NCBI RefSeq assembly: GCF_964204645.1
Contig: NC_134033.1
Location: 7,138,655 to 7,202,654, forward strand
Direction: 5' to 3'
Source of the DNA: Tubulanus polymorphus
Lineage: Eukaryota; Animalia; Nemertea
DNA length: 64,000 bases
Each line of letters opens with the position of its first letter. The first letter of the stretch is position 1. This document shows, in pieces, positions 29,535 to 43,084 of this stretch. A model generated the notes under the pieces. It saw only the letters and a list, made by a program, of their open reading frames with translations. It was not told the origin of the DNA and did no database searches. The position numbers were made by a program, and so were the translations under genes.

Positions 29535-30030
29535 AAATTTAAAATATAATATTCCGCCTATTACAATTCCTATACAAGTTATAGCTAATTTAGTATTTTC
29601 ATGGGACTTTTTATCATTATTGGTTTTAATTATATCTTCTATGATCTATATCTATCTAAATAATTTTGATAACTATGTTTTCTGGAATCGATCTATTTTT
29701 ATCATTATGAATGGAATCTTCAAATAAAACTTTAAATTGTTTTTGTGTATCAAATGATGTATTTAAATTTCCAATTATTGGGGATCTTGTTTCAACTTGA
29801 GCACCTAGAATACATATCAAATAAGTTCTAATTGATTGATTTATTCTTTGTATACCAGCTTTACTAAATCTTTCACTATTATCTAAAATAAAATAAACCC
29901 AACCATTATTATTTTCTTGTTTTAAATTATCATAGAATTTCGGAAATTTATTAAAATTTAATGTTTCTAAATCCTTAGTTTCTATTTTACCATAACCTAA
30001 TTTATTATTAAAGATATAATAAAAACTATT
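29535..30030 (-). pseudogene. Polinton-like protein with C-terminal membrane anchor (fragment)
   Basis: FSKAGIQRINQSIRTY..CILGAQVETRSPIIG..SFDTQKQF...HENTKLAITCIGIVIGGIIYFKF*, across frameshifts; 5' end lost. Confidence 0.6.
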
Positions 30031-33000
30031 AGATTGTCGTTATCATCATTATTCAAAAATTTGCGAAAATCAACCGTTTCTCCGTATTCCGACGATAATT
30101 ACTAGGAAATAGAACTACCAATCAAAAAACTGTCATCAAACTGCGAAAATTTAAGGCATATACTACAGAAAAACCAAAAAATATTGACTGGGTTTGGAAA
30201 AAAATATTTTACTTTTTAGCTCTAAAAACACCATTTCGCAGATTTGACGAAAACCAGTAAAGTCAGAAGAAATTGGAAATTTACTCAAAGACCGCAGATT
30301 TTTTTAAACATCAGGTTCAAAGGTGACTATCGTAAGGTGCCGCCCTCTCTACCACCGCTGATTGTGCGCGGAGAGGACATAATACAGAGGACGTTTTGAC
30401 CGTAATTTAGTCTATCGATGCCATCAGGTTCGGATCCCTGTCGAGGGAATATGCCTGAAGCGCACTCCTGACGATGATTTCCTAGGGCGAACTCTTATCA
30501 GATCGGAGAATCCGTTTGCCTCCAATCGTACTCTTTTATTGGTCACGTGACTTTTTGGAGTCTCCGAAACCTCCTTTCTGTCGAGGTGGTGTGATTCGGA
30601 TTTTGTGTGGAGCCAACCGGAGATTTCGGACATAGACTTCGGAGGTCATAAAAGAGTACGCCCGTAGAGGTGCTTTCACACAAAAGAAACTTCAACAACA
30701 TCTAAAATACATTTCCATATACACTTAACTCCCTTTATTCTTTACTTCTCTAACAATCAGAACCATCCAATATTAATAATAATAATATGGTTGACCACTA
30801 AATAGTACACACTACATACATAGACAGATATAGATTATGAGGTGATCCCCAAAGCTGTAGGTCAGAGGATCTTCAGTAAATCAAGGTAATATAGAAATGC
30901 ACAATGAGTTAATCTTAACATGTATAACAATCATAACAAATTTTTATTAACTCTAACTCGTTTATTACAATGATTCACAGACGTCGTGACAATGGTTCAC
31001 AAGATCGAATCTTTTTAGGCGCCATTGCCAGTCTTGCATTTGACTAGTAAAAGCTCAACTGGTTGTTAACTGAGTTGGATGGAGTCAGAACCTGTACCAA
31101 GGTTCAGTGAAAAATGATGCTTATTTCCACAATTCAGTAACTTCTCAATCTCGGATGGAAAATGGTTAACTCGACAATCTCAAGTTGAATATTAATTGAA
31201 TTAAACCGTTGAGCAGGGTCGAGTTAGCCCTATAGAACGATTCTAGGACAATTCTTCGGGTCAATCGCCCTAGACATACATACACCCCCTCAAAAATTGC
31301 CCCGGTGATATTACGCCCCAAACAACTAAGTACTCCCATAGAATTATCCAAGATATTCGTCCTATGAAGGGACTTTTGGGGACATTTTCCTCCTGGCACA
31401 AAGAATACTACTGCTATTGGGGTGCAGTTACCAATCAACTAAATCAATGCTCTAGTCCCATCAAATGACAACAGCTTATTGAACTAAGTCAAGCTCAGGT
31501 TGACGAAGATCCGACCAGATCGTTGGATCGTCGATTCCTCAATAAAACATCAACGAATTCTCGACGGATATAATAAAATTGGCTGCCGTCTAATGCCGGG
31601 CGGTTGCTATTTTTAAAGCCACCAAAGCTCTGTTGAAGCTTAATATACTTACGGAAGGTGGAACTCTGTCGAAGCCAAATTATTGGTTTAATATCTTTCT
31701 GATACACGTAGTGCCATTCAATGCAATTCAATATTAACTCATCAACTTATAATCAGAATGACTAATAGGCTCCCGTTCAGTTCCATCAACAAACTTAAGA
31801 GAGGATTATGATACATACAAAATATGTAAAAAAAACATGGCTCAATTCGCATACAAGGGGAGGGGTCATATGATTCGTACATCTAAATGAACAACCCCAA
31901 CGATAAACGATTGTAGAAATATGATTTTCTAGATTTTAATTTTCATACTGCAAATTAAAGTAGTATTTCATTTCCGTTTTAGTATGCTAAAACAAATTAC
32001 TCTCTTACTTTCAGATCTTGTGTATTCCGAGCGTTTCTCTTGAATTCTTGATCAAGACCTGTCGAGGGCCTGACAAGACAGCTCTGACTCAAAAGGGTGA
32101 AAATCTGAGTTAATTTTTGGGCTGGGTGTTTGTCTGTTGAATTTTGGGCAGTAAGATATACTAGAAATATCGAAAATAAGTGTCAATTATCTGAGGGGTA
32201 TACATTGATAACTGCAGTGATTATATAGGCCTACCAACCTTGAAGAAAATAGAAATATGGCAAAGCCACGCGGGGCCCAGCAAAAGACACAGTAAATAGG
32301 TGCGCTAGGAGGGTTGAGGCTATTTTGGGTAGGAAGTTTCCACTAGTCAAATAATCTCCATTAAAGGGTATACCCTGAAATGGCAGTTTTATGTAAGTAG
32401 CGTCCACTGGTGGCCACTTAATCAATATGTTGAACTAGAAATGTTGTTATCTCGAGGAACAATTTTGCAATATATGTCATTGTCAAATCTGCTTTGCTTA
32501 GCAGATATCCTGAAAATAACACTCTTTATGTATCTATTGCCCCTGGAGGCCACATGAAAATGCTTAGGTCATGTTATCATTATGTACACTGTACATGTAT
32601 ATCTGTTTAGTATCTGGAAAGTTTACTGGTACTTGAAATAGCAGTGTCCATTTCTAATGTTACGTGTCAGCAAATTGACGGATCCAGAATATAACATGCC
32701 AGTATTATTACACAGTGACAAAAATGTCTGTATATAACACTGATGATGCACTATGGCAACAGTCAAGAGCAAGTCCCAATGATTGAAGTAAAATTACACG
32801 AAAATTAAATAATGGGATCTTACTAATGCTACCTCATTAGTCAAGGATTCCATGTCTGGCAGGATAATGGTAATTCTTAATTCAGGACAATTGTGTTCAT
32901 AATAAACAGTTAAGATTCAAGATTGTATAGACCACAATTCAATCGTAATTTGAATGATTTTCTATTATACCCGTTGATCATACCATATTGTACAAAAACA

Positions 33001-35615
33001 CCTACAAACAATTCGTGATCATTTAAGAATAAGTATCTTTGAAGGGTTCCATAAGGTAAGAGATATCAATGGTATCATTATTACTTTAAATTTGCTTTTT
33101 GTCAAAAACATGTATTTAAATGGAAAACTATTTAGGAAGCCGGACGGTATTTAATTTTGATTAGCTTTCACCATAATGAAGCCTGATCAATGCCAACTGT
33201 GGCAATCACAGATTCCTCTCATGGTTAAGTTAACTTAAATCTATTTTTCTGAGATTCAACTAATGATTGACTACAAAGTGTAAAACAGAAAAAAAATCGA
33301 TGATTCATATTGCCTGGACAGTTCCAAGACCTTTCTTAGCATTAGAACACCTTTACAGAAATCATGAAATAGACTAGTAAGTACTTGATTATCCACAATC
33401 TCTTCTACATTTCATTAAATAAGTGAACTCTTCTTAAGTAAATCCATTAGAAACCTTAACTTTTGGTCAATTATACAATAGTTAAAGCGGGGTTGATGCA
33501 GGAATCAATCACTAGGCTGGACCAATCCCTAGCTAAAAACAGGTATGAAAACATTTATAGGGGCAAATAAAATTTCGTCAATCAGCGAGCAGGAGTTTAA
33601 ATATAGAAATATAGTAAGAAAACGATATAACAATGCAGTATTATAGGTGGTCACAGTCCCCAGTTAATAGAGCACACGATTTGCACTTACCACACCCACA
33701 GCATAAGTAATATATCTAAATCAGGGCACAGAGACAAAGCAAGTGTAGACCAATTGTCTATAGAATAGTGAAATGAGATTGTCAAGGGCAGTTATTTATT
33801 CCAAAAGGGCAGAATTTCATTTAAAAGGTACTTTTTTAGCAATTCTTAAGCGACCTCAACTTAACATCTTCCATTCAATTCACCTTTATAAAGCTACATT
33901 ATTTTCTTATTTCACAGAAACTTTCACTTAATAGGACAAATGACAAGTCTCATTTACCTGATGAAGCTGCTATGCATTAGTAGTGAAAGTTTGTAGCTCA
34001 AATAATTAGTTAATAAATAACAATTTAACCTACATAGTACTATATTCTTTACGTTTTACTGATTCAAAACCACGTTAACAAATCTTCAACAATTTCTAGG
34101 CAGCAGGATAATCCCTCTGCGCCATTTCATATTTTCAACCTCAACTATCATTGAAAGCACTACCTCGTGTGATTATCTTTAGTTATTCCAGGTGATGCCA
34201 CAATCAAGGCTAGTGACTACTTACGGCCGGCATAAGTTTATTGATGGAATCTGAACTATACATATATATAATATTCTTCGAGAGTAACAAATAGGTTCAA
34301 CCTCAACAGATAGTTTGCATTCTGAGCAGCACTTGATGTAACCTATAAAGACCAGTTTCAAACAGAGAGTTAAAAAGAAAGATTTTTGGATTTGAAAGTA
34401 TTAATTCAGTTTTTTCGGGTTTCTGTCTGTTTGCCTTATTCTTATTTCTGTGATTAGGAACATTTTCTAACAATTTTTTGTTCATAAAATATATCTTCTA
34501 TCAAATTAGACTACAAATTACTACATGCTTGGCTGACAATAGTATAAAAATCTATCTGGAAACACCCAGAAGCTCTGTATGTGTACGTACTAACTACCCT
34601 TCCCTATACTAGCTAAATTTCTGAAATAAAAAAAACTGACCCAAACGTGAATTTTATCACTTGAATTCAGTATGGCTTTGCTATGTTCTGCTCTATCGGT
34701 AGGACGTCTTCGATTTCCCACTGCATTATTAGTAGAGCTGTATTTAGGCTACAAGTATTGCTTAAGTTAGGCTTGTAATTTAACGGAGTGATGAAACAAA
34801 GCCAATTAAACCAGTTAAGTTCATTTTTTTGTATAAAGATGGGTGCCTCCATAAAATTCCCTTAGGCATAAATTATCTTGGCCCTGTTTAAGCTTTAACT
34901 TCGAGGTTACAATAAGGGTTTAAGCTTTCAGCTTTGAGGTTACAATAAGGAGAAACTTGGAACTCGGCTATTAAACCAAACCCTGACACCCAATATCACA
35001 GTTGTGAATTAGAATTAAATAAAAAAACCAGTATTTTATTTTCAATTATTTCAACTCTGTGGGTCTAGGCAGAGACAAAATGCTGATGTCATAGGCCAAT
35101 TCATGGAGGCTTTCATCATTGATCTAGAGCAATCATGAATATACTTTACAAAGTAGACTCTTCACAAAATATGCTGTTTTCTGAGACCGGAGAGTAGTGA
35201 GTGATATATCTACTATCTTAAATTTTACTCAAATTTGACTAAATTTTTGTCACATTTGCTCCAATTGAGTCCATTTATTAGCCCCAGTTGACTCATTTTC
35301 AAATTGAGTTGAAATATCACTTGTCCTCCAAGTTTATACTCCAAGTTGATCCTCCTCGTGGATAAATATATCCTACTCCAACAATTACTCTTATTAACAA
35401 TGTCAAAGATATATACTCCAAGCACTAGCTATTTAGAAATTCAGGTGACCTTGACATGATTCAACCAATCTGAGTGTTAGATATATAATTACAATTTACA
35501 GACATTAAGACATAAATAACTACAATATGGGCAGTTTTTTGTAGAGAGATAAAGACATATAGATGAACAACCATGATTTTATACGCTTCAAACCAAGACA
35601 TAATCTTGTGTTCTT

Positions 35616-35712
35616 TCAGGCCTCAGTGTCATCGCCATCGTGTCCCTTCAAACGCAGCCGGGCAAAATCTTCGAATATCAAATCATCGTCATGGTCAAAG
35701 AGCGCTTCACCA
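35616..35712 (-). CDS. ARRB: Beta-arrestin, last coding exon
   Basis: Acceptor tttcag; reads GEALFDHDDDLIFEDFARLRLKGHDGDDTEA*, containing the AP-2 beta-appendage-binding motif DxxFxxFxxxR. Confidence 0.96.
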
Positions 35713-36712
35713 CTGAAATTCAAGAAAGATAATAGGATGCATTTAGAATACAGCGTCACTATCTATATCTATTGCATCAGTGCTAACCAACTTTAAAAAC
35801 ACTCATAAATAAATTGCCCATGGGCAAAGTGTGGTTTACCTTGAAAGCCAGTGTTTGGTGTAAGGGCATTGCTTGAAAAATCTTTTTAATTTGTGACTTC
35901 AAAGTTCTAGAAGTTTATATTGTATTTTATCTTTCTTAAAGAATTATTTTGTAGCCAAATAAGACCATAGATGAACATTTGTTTATGGTCTTCGTCCAAA
36001 ATTTCGTAGCGTACAGGTAGACGCGGCAGGGAAATTATCTTATATTTTCAAAAAAATATTTTTCACAATATGAACAAATATTCAAATAAAATTCATATGA
36101 TGTCACATATCAGAGGGTGGGTGAATATTGAGTCTTGGAAACGAAACCTCTTCCAATATATGGCCGCGGAAGCTAAAACACCAGGCCGCGTTAGATCGTT
36201 TTATATCCTTGAATTTACCACTTCTACAATATTCAGACCTCATCTTATACGTATAGTTCACTGCTTAGTACTTTCCGGTCACTTACTCAAGAAATTATAA
36301 TTTATTACAAATTCTATCAAACAGAAAACACAGCGCTCATCTTCTGCTACGACGATTATTCAGCTTGTTATCATATCAAACGTGACGTGCCAAGCAACGT
36401 TACAGCATCACCATATTGTAGTCTGTATGAGCGTGTGTTTGTGTGTGCAACAGTCTAATGTTTAACACTCCGCGCACGTGGAGGCCTTGTGTAGTGAACG
36501 TTTGCTTCACTTCAATCGCAATCGACACAATCACCGGGTATTAAAATGAAACAATACCTATGGCGATATGTGAAATAATTATATTTTTCACCAGCAATGA
36601 GCATTTAAAATTTGCACATATACGGCACCTATTCCAATGAAATGTTCGCCATTAATGGCTTTCCCATGATTATTTTAGTAGCGCCGGAATTCCCTGTATA
36701 TCCCAAAAACAG

Positions 36713-36877
36713 CAGTGTTTTCAATAAGAAATTAACAAGCCAGGTCCCTTTGAAAAACAGGAGGGTCCCCCTATGTCACAGTCCCTGAAACAAAAGCTGG
36801 TTTGAAAAAGCAGGCGGGTCCTTTACAAACAACAGACGGGTCTGGGACCTGGGACCTGGCTCTTACTGAAAACACTG
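36713..36877. mobile_element. hAT-like MITE with 5-bp TSD
   Basis: TIR CAGTGTTTTCA(A/G)TAAG; TSD AACAG; empty site visible in the paralogous copy at ~38551-38568. Confidence 0.88.
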
Positions 36878-37359
36878 AACAGCCAATCACATTCGCTCAT
36901 AGAGACAACGCCCCCAATCGAGGTCATTGCAATTTTATAGCAAGAGCTTAGAATTTTCCCCACCAAAAACAGTTATTCGTCAAATTTAAACAAAGTTGAC
37001 CATGTCATCGATGGAGGTTCGTCATGTCTTCAATCGCATTGACTATACGTCGTTTAACCCGAGAACCAATGAAAATAAATTGCCCATGGGCAAAGTCAGG
37101 TTTACCTTGAAAACTTGTAGGTTGTTTGGAATAAGGGCATTGCTTCAAAAATCTTTTTAATTCGTGACTTCAAAGTTCCACAAGTTTATATTGTATTTAT
37201 CTTTCTTAAAGAATTATTTTGTAGTCAAATAAGACCAAAGATATACATTTGTTTACGGTCCACGTCCAAAATTTTGTAGAGTACAGGTAGGCGCGGCAGG
37301 GAAACTATTTTATAATTTCCAAAAAATGTGTTTCACAATATGAAAAAATATTCAAATAA

Positions 37360-37926
37360 GGCCATCCCAAAATAATTGTCTGTTTGCCGCAACACCGAAT
37401 CAACTTTTCAGGAGTCAGTAGGTAGGTAGAAATTTCTTTTGGAAAATTTTTGGGCAAAAAAAACCAAATTTTTCACCTTTGGGCTTTTTTACATGGAAAC
37501 AATATCGCAAAAAAAATCATCTACATTGTGCACGGGAAATTTGTCTAATAGCGTAGATTTCAAGAATTATTCTAAAATCATAACTTCGTCCAGAGCGTCA
37601 TCCCTGAAATGAAACAGTACATTGAATATGTGCGCGCTTTTACGTTACCAGCTTTAATATAGTCACTATTAGAATGAATGGCAGCTTATTGGAACACTGC
37701 CAGTTTCCTGGAAAACTTAAACTAGGCCACATCTCAAGGCATGTTTTCACACGATGCACACTTGAATTCAAACATACGTAGCTCATACGTCGGCAGTGGG
37801 TCGGTCGGTCGGCCGTTTTTATCAAACATAAAATTTATTTCAATCCCAGAAAAAAAGTTTTCACTCGGTACCTTTGATGTTGGGTCGGTCGGGTTACGGC
37901 AAACAGACCATTATTTTGGGATGGCC
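37360..37926. mobile_element. MITE with TAA TSD (Zator or PIF/Harbinger type)
   Basis: TIR GGCCATCCCAAAATAAT..TCTGTTTGCCG; TSD TAA; empty site ttcaaataaaattcat at ~36081. Confidence 0.88.
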
Positions 37927-38243
37927 TAAAATTCATATGATGTCACATATCAGAGGGTGTTGCTAAATATTGGGTCTTGGAAACCTCTTCCAATGTTGGC
38001 CACGGAAGCTAAAATACCGGTACAGAAGAAATCGGCTATAAGATCGTTTTAAATCCTGGAATTTACCCCTACAATATTCAGACCTCGACCTATAGTTTGC
38101 TGCTTAGTATTTTCAGGTCACAAGAAATTAAAATTTATTACAAATTCTATCGACAGAAAACACAGCGCTCATCTTCTGCTACGATTATTCAGCCTATTTT
38201 CATGTCAAACGTGCACGCGTTACAGCATCACCCTTAGTAGTAG

Positions 38244-38270
38244 CATGGACGTATAAACTATACGTCCATG
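38244..38270. mobile_element. 27-bp hairpin insertion with 7-bp flanking direct repeat
   Basis: CATGGACGTATA-AAC-TATACGTCCATG flanked by GTAGTAG; absent from the paralog at ~36410-36430. Confidence 0.7.
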
Positions 38271-39191
38271 GTAGTAGCGTACTGTACGAGCTTGTGTGTG
38301 TGTGGTGGGACACTCCGCATGCATGGGAGGCCTCGTGTAAGTGAATATTCGCTTACACCTCAATGTCAATCGAAACAATCACCGGGTATTAAAATGAAAC
38401 AAATACCTATGGCAGATGAGTGAAATAATACATCCTCACCAGCAATGAGCATTTGAAATCGGCACGTATACGGCACCTAGTCCAATGAAACGTACGCCAA
38501 TTTATGGCTTTCCCATAATTATTTTAGTAGTGCCGGAATTCCCGGTATATTCCAAAAACAGCCAATCCCATTCGCTCGAAGAGACGACGCCCCCAATCGA
38601 GGTCATAGCAATTTTATACGCGAGAGCTAAGAATTTTCCCGCCAAAAACAGTTTTTCGTAGAATTTTAACTCAGTTGACTATGTCATCGACGGAGGTTCG
38701 CCTGTGTCTTCAATCGCATCGATTCTACGTCGTTTCAGCCGAGAACCAATGAAACAAATGCTCACATAAAAAAACGTACTGCGATTTTACATGAATTGGC
38801 TCAATGCCAACATCATATCGCTGACAAAGGTAAACCAAAAATGCTCACATAAAAAAACGTACCGCGATTTTACATGATTTGGCTCAATGCCAACCTCATA
38901 CTGCTGACAAAGGTAAACCAAAAAGTGTGGATGTATTTGGGTGGCTTGAGGAGTAATAGACAGGGCAGATACGGGCGGCTTGAGTGCTTATGGGCTGATC
39001 TATGTCGCTTCAACTCTTTTGATGTTGTTGGCAAACCGGTTTGCCGGGAATTGATGTGAAATAGGTTATCTTAGAACACTGTTGGCGAAAATATTCGCCC
39101 TCACTCTGGTGACTTTGTCGCTGATTGGCTAGTGGTCAAAGCCATTCTAAGCATTTTAGCCAATCACCCACATGTAGGCAGTTACTACTAG

Positions 39192-39562
39192 CAGGGATGA
39201 AAATGGCCCATATTGAAAAAGTCGGAAAATATTTTCAAAAAAAAAAGAATTTTTTTTGGGAACAAAAATCAGTAACTTTTAGCCAAAAAACTTACTTCCT
39301 TTTGGTCAAAATATTAATAGTTTGGGCCAGAATTAGAGCCGCTTTTTTAATGAGACGCCATATTGGTTTCTCCGACTGCACAGTTGTGCTAACAACTGCC
39401 AAAAACCGTCTTAAGGAGCACTCCTAACTAAGGAGCGCTCCGATGTGACGCCTGCGATTGAGGTGATTAAAGCGATTGAAGTGATTTACACTGTTCTCAG
39501 GAATAAAGAAAATGTTAGAAAAGGTCGGAAATCCGTCTATGGTCGGAAGATTTTCATCCCTG
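39192..39562. mobile_element. hAT-like MITE with 6-bp TSD
   Basis: TIR CAGGGATGAAAAT / ATTTTCATCCCTG; TSD TACTAG. Confidence 0.88.
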
Positions 39563-41013
39563 TACTAGCTGAGGTTCCAGTAATTTCAACATCACAACAC
39601 ATGTTTTGAATGATTAGATGTACTGACATACACTGACTGTGTTAGAAACTAGGCGCTTAGTGCATACGTGATATAAATTTATACGACCCCAAATAGAAAT
39701 TTTGAAAATAATCTTCTGGTAGCTGAGGTCATAAGCTCCAAGAAAATTATAACTTTTATTATGCTATCGCCATTAGAACGACTGCAATAAGGCTTTTAAA
39801 AAAATACTACAAAATTGTTCCAAAACAATGAAACTAATTCATCACAACGCATGTAAGCGGTTAGTGCTGAGGGTCTGCTAAATCATTTGCAAACACACGC
39901 GTCAGCGGTTAGTGCCGAGTGTCTGCCTATATAGGTAACACATATGGTTATGTGTATAGGTAATCGCCTGGGCAAGTCTATAGCCGCGTTCACGTGACAA
40001 CTAGTTAGACCAGTCTTAATGGGTCCGTACCTGGTACCAAATTTTTGTGAATGTTCACATGCCGTTTTGACACGCGTTGATAAAATCAAGATGTTGCCAT
40101 CTGCTAAATAATTAATTGGGCCTGGATGAAGTCTTGCTTCCAGTTTCTAAGTAGAGCTAGACATTCTTCATTTGACCAATCGATCCTCTGTCAGGTTTAG
40201 ACATTTTTGCGGTTTTGATTTTATTCTATATTGAAACTCGTTTTAACACGATTCAAAACACGAAAGTAAAACATATGATGATTGCGGCATACGAATATGA
40301 ATATTAGTTACGCTCCAAACATTCCATGGTATATTTCGGAAAAACCAGTACTTAGAAATACTTACGTAAGCGGTAATAAAGCATTTGAAACTTATTAACT
40401 GGACTCATACTCTACCGGAGAGGTCGTGACATCTACTGCAGAGATTCACAGTTACAATTTAAACCGAACCCGATTCGCTCTTTTGGACCATGCCAAATTT
40501 GAGTAGTCTAAACTAGATGGGTCTGATTTGGAACGGTATTTTTTCCCGTGTGAAAGCTTAGACCGGTCTTAATTTTGTCGTGCGACCGTGCCTTACATAT
40601 ATAGCAGTCACTTGGTGACAGCACTCTTCTGGCACGCGCGAATACGGTAACAATGAGATGTTGTGGCCGATTTATTTTTCATTTTTACCTTCTGCTTGCA
40701 ATACAATGGTAATTAACAGCGAGTACTGCAAATACATTGAGTCAAATGGCAGTACTGCAATTTGATACTGAGATCCTTAGCTGTAGTATAAGAAATTTTC
40801 TTAGTAGCACTGCGATACTTGTGATAGCGCTCAATCGACCCCTATGATTAACTTATCACACCAGGCAAATCGTCTAAACCCTTCATCTAATCTTTCTATA
40901 GTATCTGTCAATAATATCTATAGGCCTAATATTGATGGCAAATAGCTGGTAGCACTGTTTCATAATCAGTCCATTTGTGAGATTTCAAAATAGTTTAAAT
41001 TTCATACACTTAC

Positions 41014-41154
41014 TTTGTTTCAAGTTGTATAAGATTAGTATCTATAGGTGGTTCGTTTGAACCAGGAGCCACTGCGCTGATTGGTCGACTTGGAGGTGGA
41101 GATTCAAGAGGTTTTGGATGCGTGATAGTAAATGGTAACTCAACTGCCAATTCA
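41014..41154 (-). CDS. ARRB: Beta-arrestin exon with clathrin box
   Basis: tttcag|...|gtaagt, phase 2-2; ELAVELPFTITHPKP...PIDTNLIQLET. Confidence 0.96.
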
Positions 41155-41689
41155 CTGAAATAAATAGGAATCGATGAAGTTATAAATTGTATTGTTTGTT
41201 TAGGGCAGAGTGCATCTGTACTAATTGTACGAATTCTATGTAACTTTTATAGCAAGTGCATGTAAATATGCAATATACATCAGGGGTTTTTGAGGGGTAG
41301 ACCATTTCCCACCAAGAAATTTCTGAAATGAATTGCCCAGGGCAAAGTGGTTTACCTAGAAAGCCAGAGGTTGTGCGCCGAGCGCATTGCCTATGGAAAA
41401 ATTGTTTTAACTTTTAGCTTAAAGTTTCAAAGAATTATTTAGTAGTGAAGTAAGGCCAAAAATATACCTTTGTTTACCGTCCATGTCGAAAATTTGGTAG
41501 GGTACAGGTAGGTGGGGAAACTATTTATTTGGAACTTGAATTACGCCTTAAATAACCCCCCCCCCCCCCCCCGCAATACACTCTCACCCACTTTGTAAGA
41601 ATTTAAGTGGAACACAGATTAACCTGTCTTAACTCTCACATCAAGTTCCATGGATATCCATCAAATATTCCAAGCTGTATCGTGCAAAA

Positions 41690-42360
41690 CTAGAAATTCA
41701 AGATGGCTACCCTGGTGGCAATATTATAATATAATAGCTGATGACCTCCATTTTCGTAAGTAAAGAATATCTTACCTGCTCCAATCATCAAAACAAGTTT
41801 CATGTAAATCAATCAAGAATTTTAGGCTCTATTGTGCTAATAACATAATTCAAAATTGCCACCTAGGTGGCCATATTTGAAAGTCGATAACTTCTATTTA
41901 CAAAAGGGGCGCACATCTCACTTCCAAATGCAACTAAATAATGAAAGAATCGAGAATTATAGGCTGTTACCTGCTAACAAGAAATTAAAGATGGCTGTCA
42001 TTGCAATATTTGATGACTGATAACCTGTATTTTGAATAGGGGCCAGGCATCTCATCTACCCCAATCCTCACACTGATTTCATGAAAACCAATCAAGAATT
42101 GTAGGCTCTATTGTCCTAACAAGAAAATTCAAGATGGCAACCATGGATAGCCATATTTGATGGCCGATTACCTCAATTATCAATAGTAATAATATAATAA
42201 TCTTATCCGCCAAAACAAGACACTAAATTCTATGAAAATCCATTAAGAATAATAGGCTGTTTTGAGCAAACTAGAAATTCAAGATGGCTGCCCTGGCGGC
42301 CATATTTGATGGCACACAGCCTTAATTTTTGATAGGGGTGGAAATCTTGTGCTCCAATCC
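41690..42360 (+). repeat. Degenerate ~145-155 bp tandem repeat (about 5 units)
   Basis: Recurrent AGAAATTCAAGATGGC..GGCCATATTTGA at ~41692, 41848, 41980, 42122 and 42272. Confidence 0.75.
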
Positions 42361-42654
42361 CAATCAGCGAGACATAGTGAAACGTGTTTCGTTTACAACG
42401 TCATCTGAAGTCATCACTGATTCATGTTCTGAGCTCCTCTAGTGGCCAAATGGAATATCATGTGACCTTGAAACTTTTTGCACTGGGGCTTGCCATTCCA
42501 TCAACTATATATCCGCAACATATTTTCATTATCAAATCTGCTTCTTTAGATCTGACATCATCTTTTTCATGTATCATGCATAAAAAAAAAACGAAACAAA
42601 TATGGCCACCAGTTGGCCATCTTGGATCCAATTACAAAACAAGAAACAAAGTGA

Positions 42655-42870
42655 AGCATGAATATACGTGACAGCGCATGTATCCTTCCGAAACGAAATG
42701 TAGTTCCAACAACAGATAAATAACTGAATTAATAAATAAGAAACTCATCCTGATGAAATACAATAGGGTTAGAGATTTTATTACTGCATTGAATGTCCGA
42801 AGAGAAACTAAGCCTTGTTCGGAATTTAGTTTGAACCAAGGAAGAAAGTTTCAAATGCCAAAGTAAAATA
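42655..42870 (+). repeat. Dispersed repeat, second copy at 56163-56375
   Basis: aagcat(g/a)aatatacgt...gtagttccaacaaca...ccaaaggaagaaagttt shared between the two sites. Confidence 0.75.
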
Positions 42871-42997
42871 AACTTCACTAAAGCGAAAGTCCATGAAAAT
42901 AGGACCCATTTATTTATACGGAATAAGAGCTTAACTGGATAACCGAACACAAATTAACCGAAGTTGACTTAATCATTAAGGAAGTGGGTTGACTTAC

Positions 42998-43084
42998 CCT
43001 GCTACTAGTCCAAGAATAAGTCGAACTTTCACTTTGTACTGAACAACAATACCAAGATTTTCTTTCTGATTTTGGTCCGATAAT
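42998..43084 (-). CDS. ARRB: Beta-arrestin exon (C-domain)
   Basis: ttgcag|...|gtaagt, phase 2-2; LSDQNQKENLGIVVQYKVKVRLILGLVAG. Confidence 0.96.

Larger units (their letters stand above)
35808..38925 (+). mobile_element. Two tandem copies of a Helentron-like element, family C (35808-37075, 37076-38925)
   Basis: Both start AAATTGCCCATGGGCAAAG..GGTTTACCTT; 3' inverted match AAGGTAAACCA at ~38828 and ~38910 (83-bp terminal duplication). Fragments also at 41328-41520 and 52445-52735. Confidence 0.75.

Noticed and set aside
30900-34300. Possible decayed Gypsy gag/pol
   Set aside because: Only isolated 3-5 residue resemblances; no RT or integrase core, PBS or LTR pair could be fixed. Part may be arrestin 3' UTR or unique DNA.
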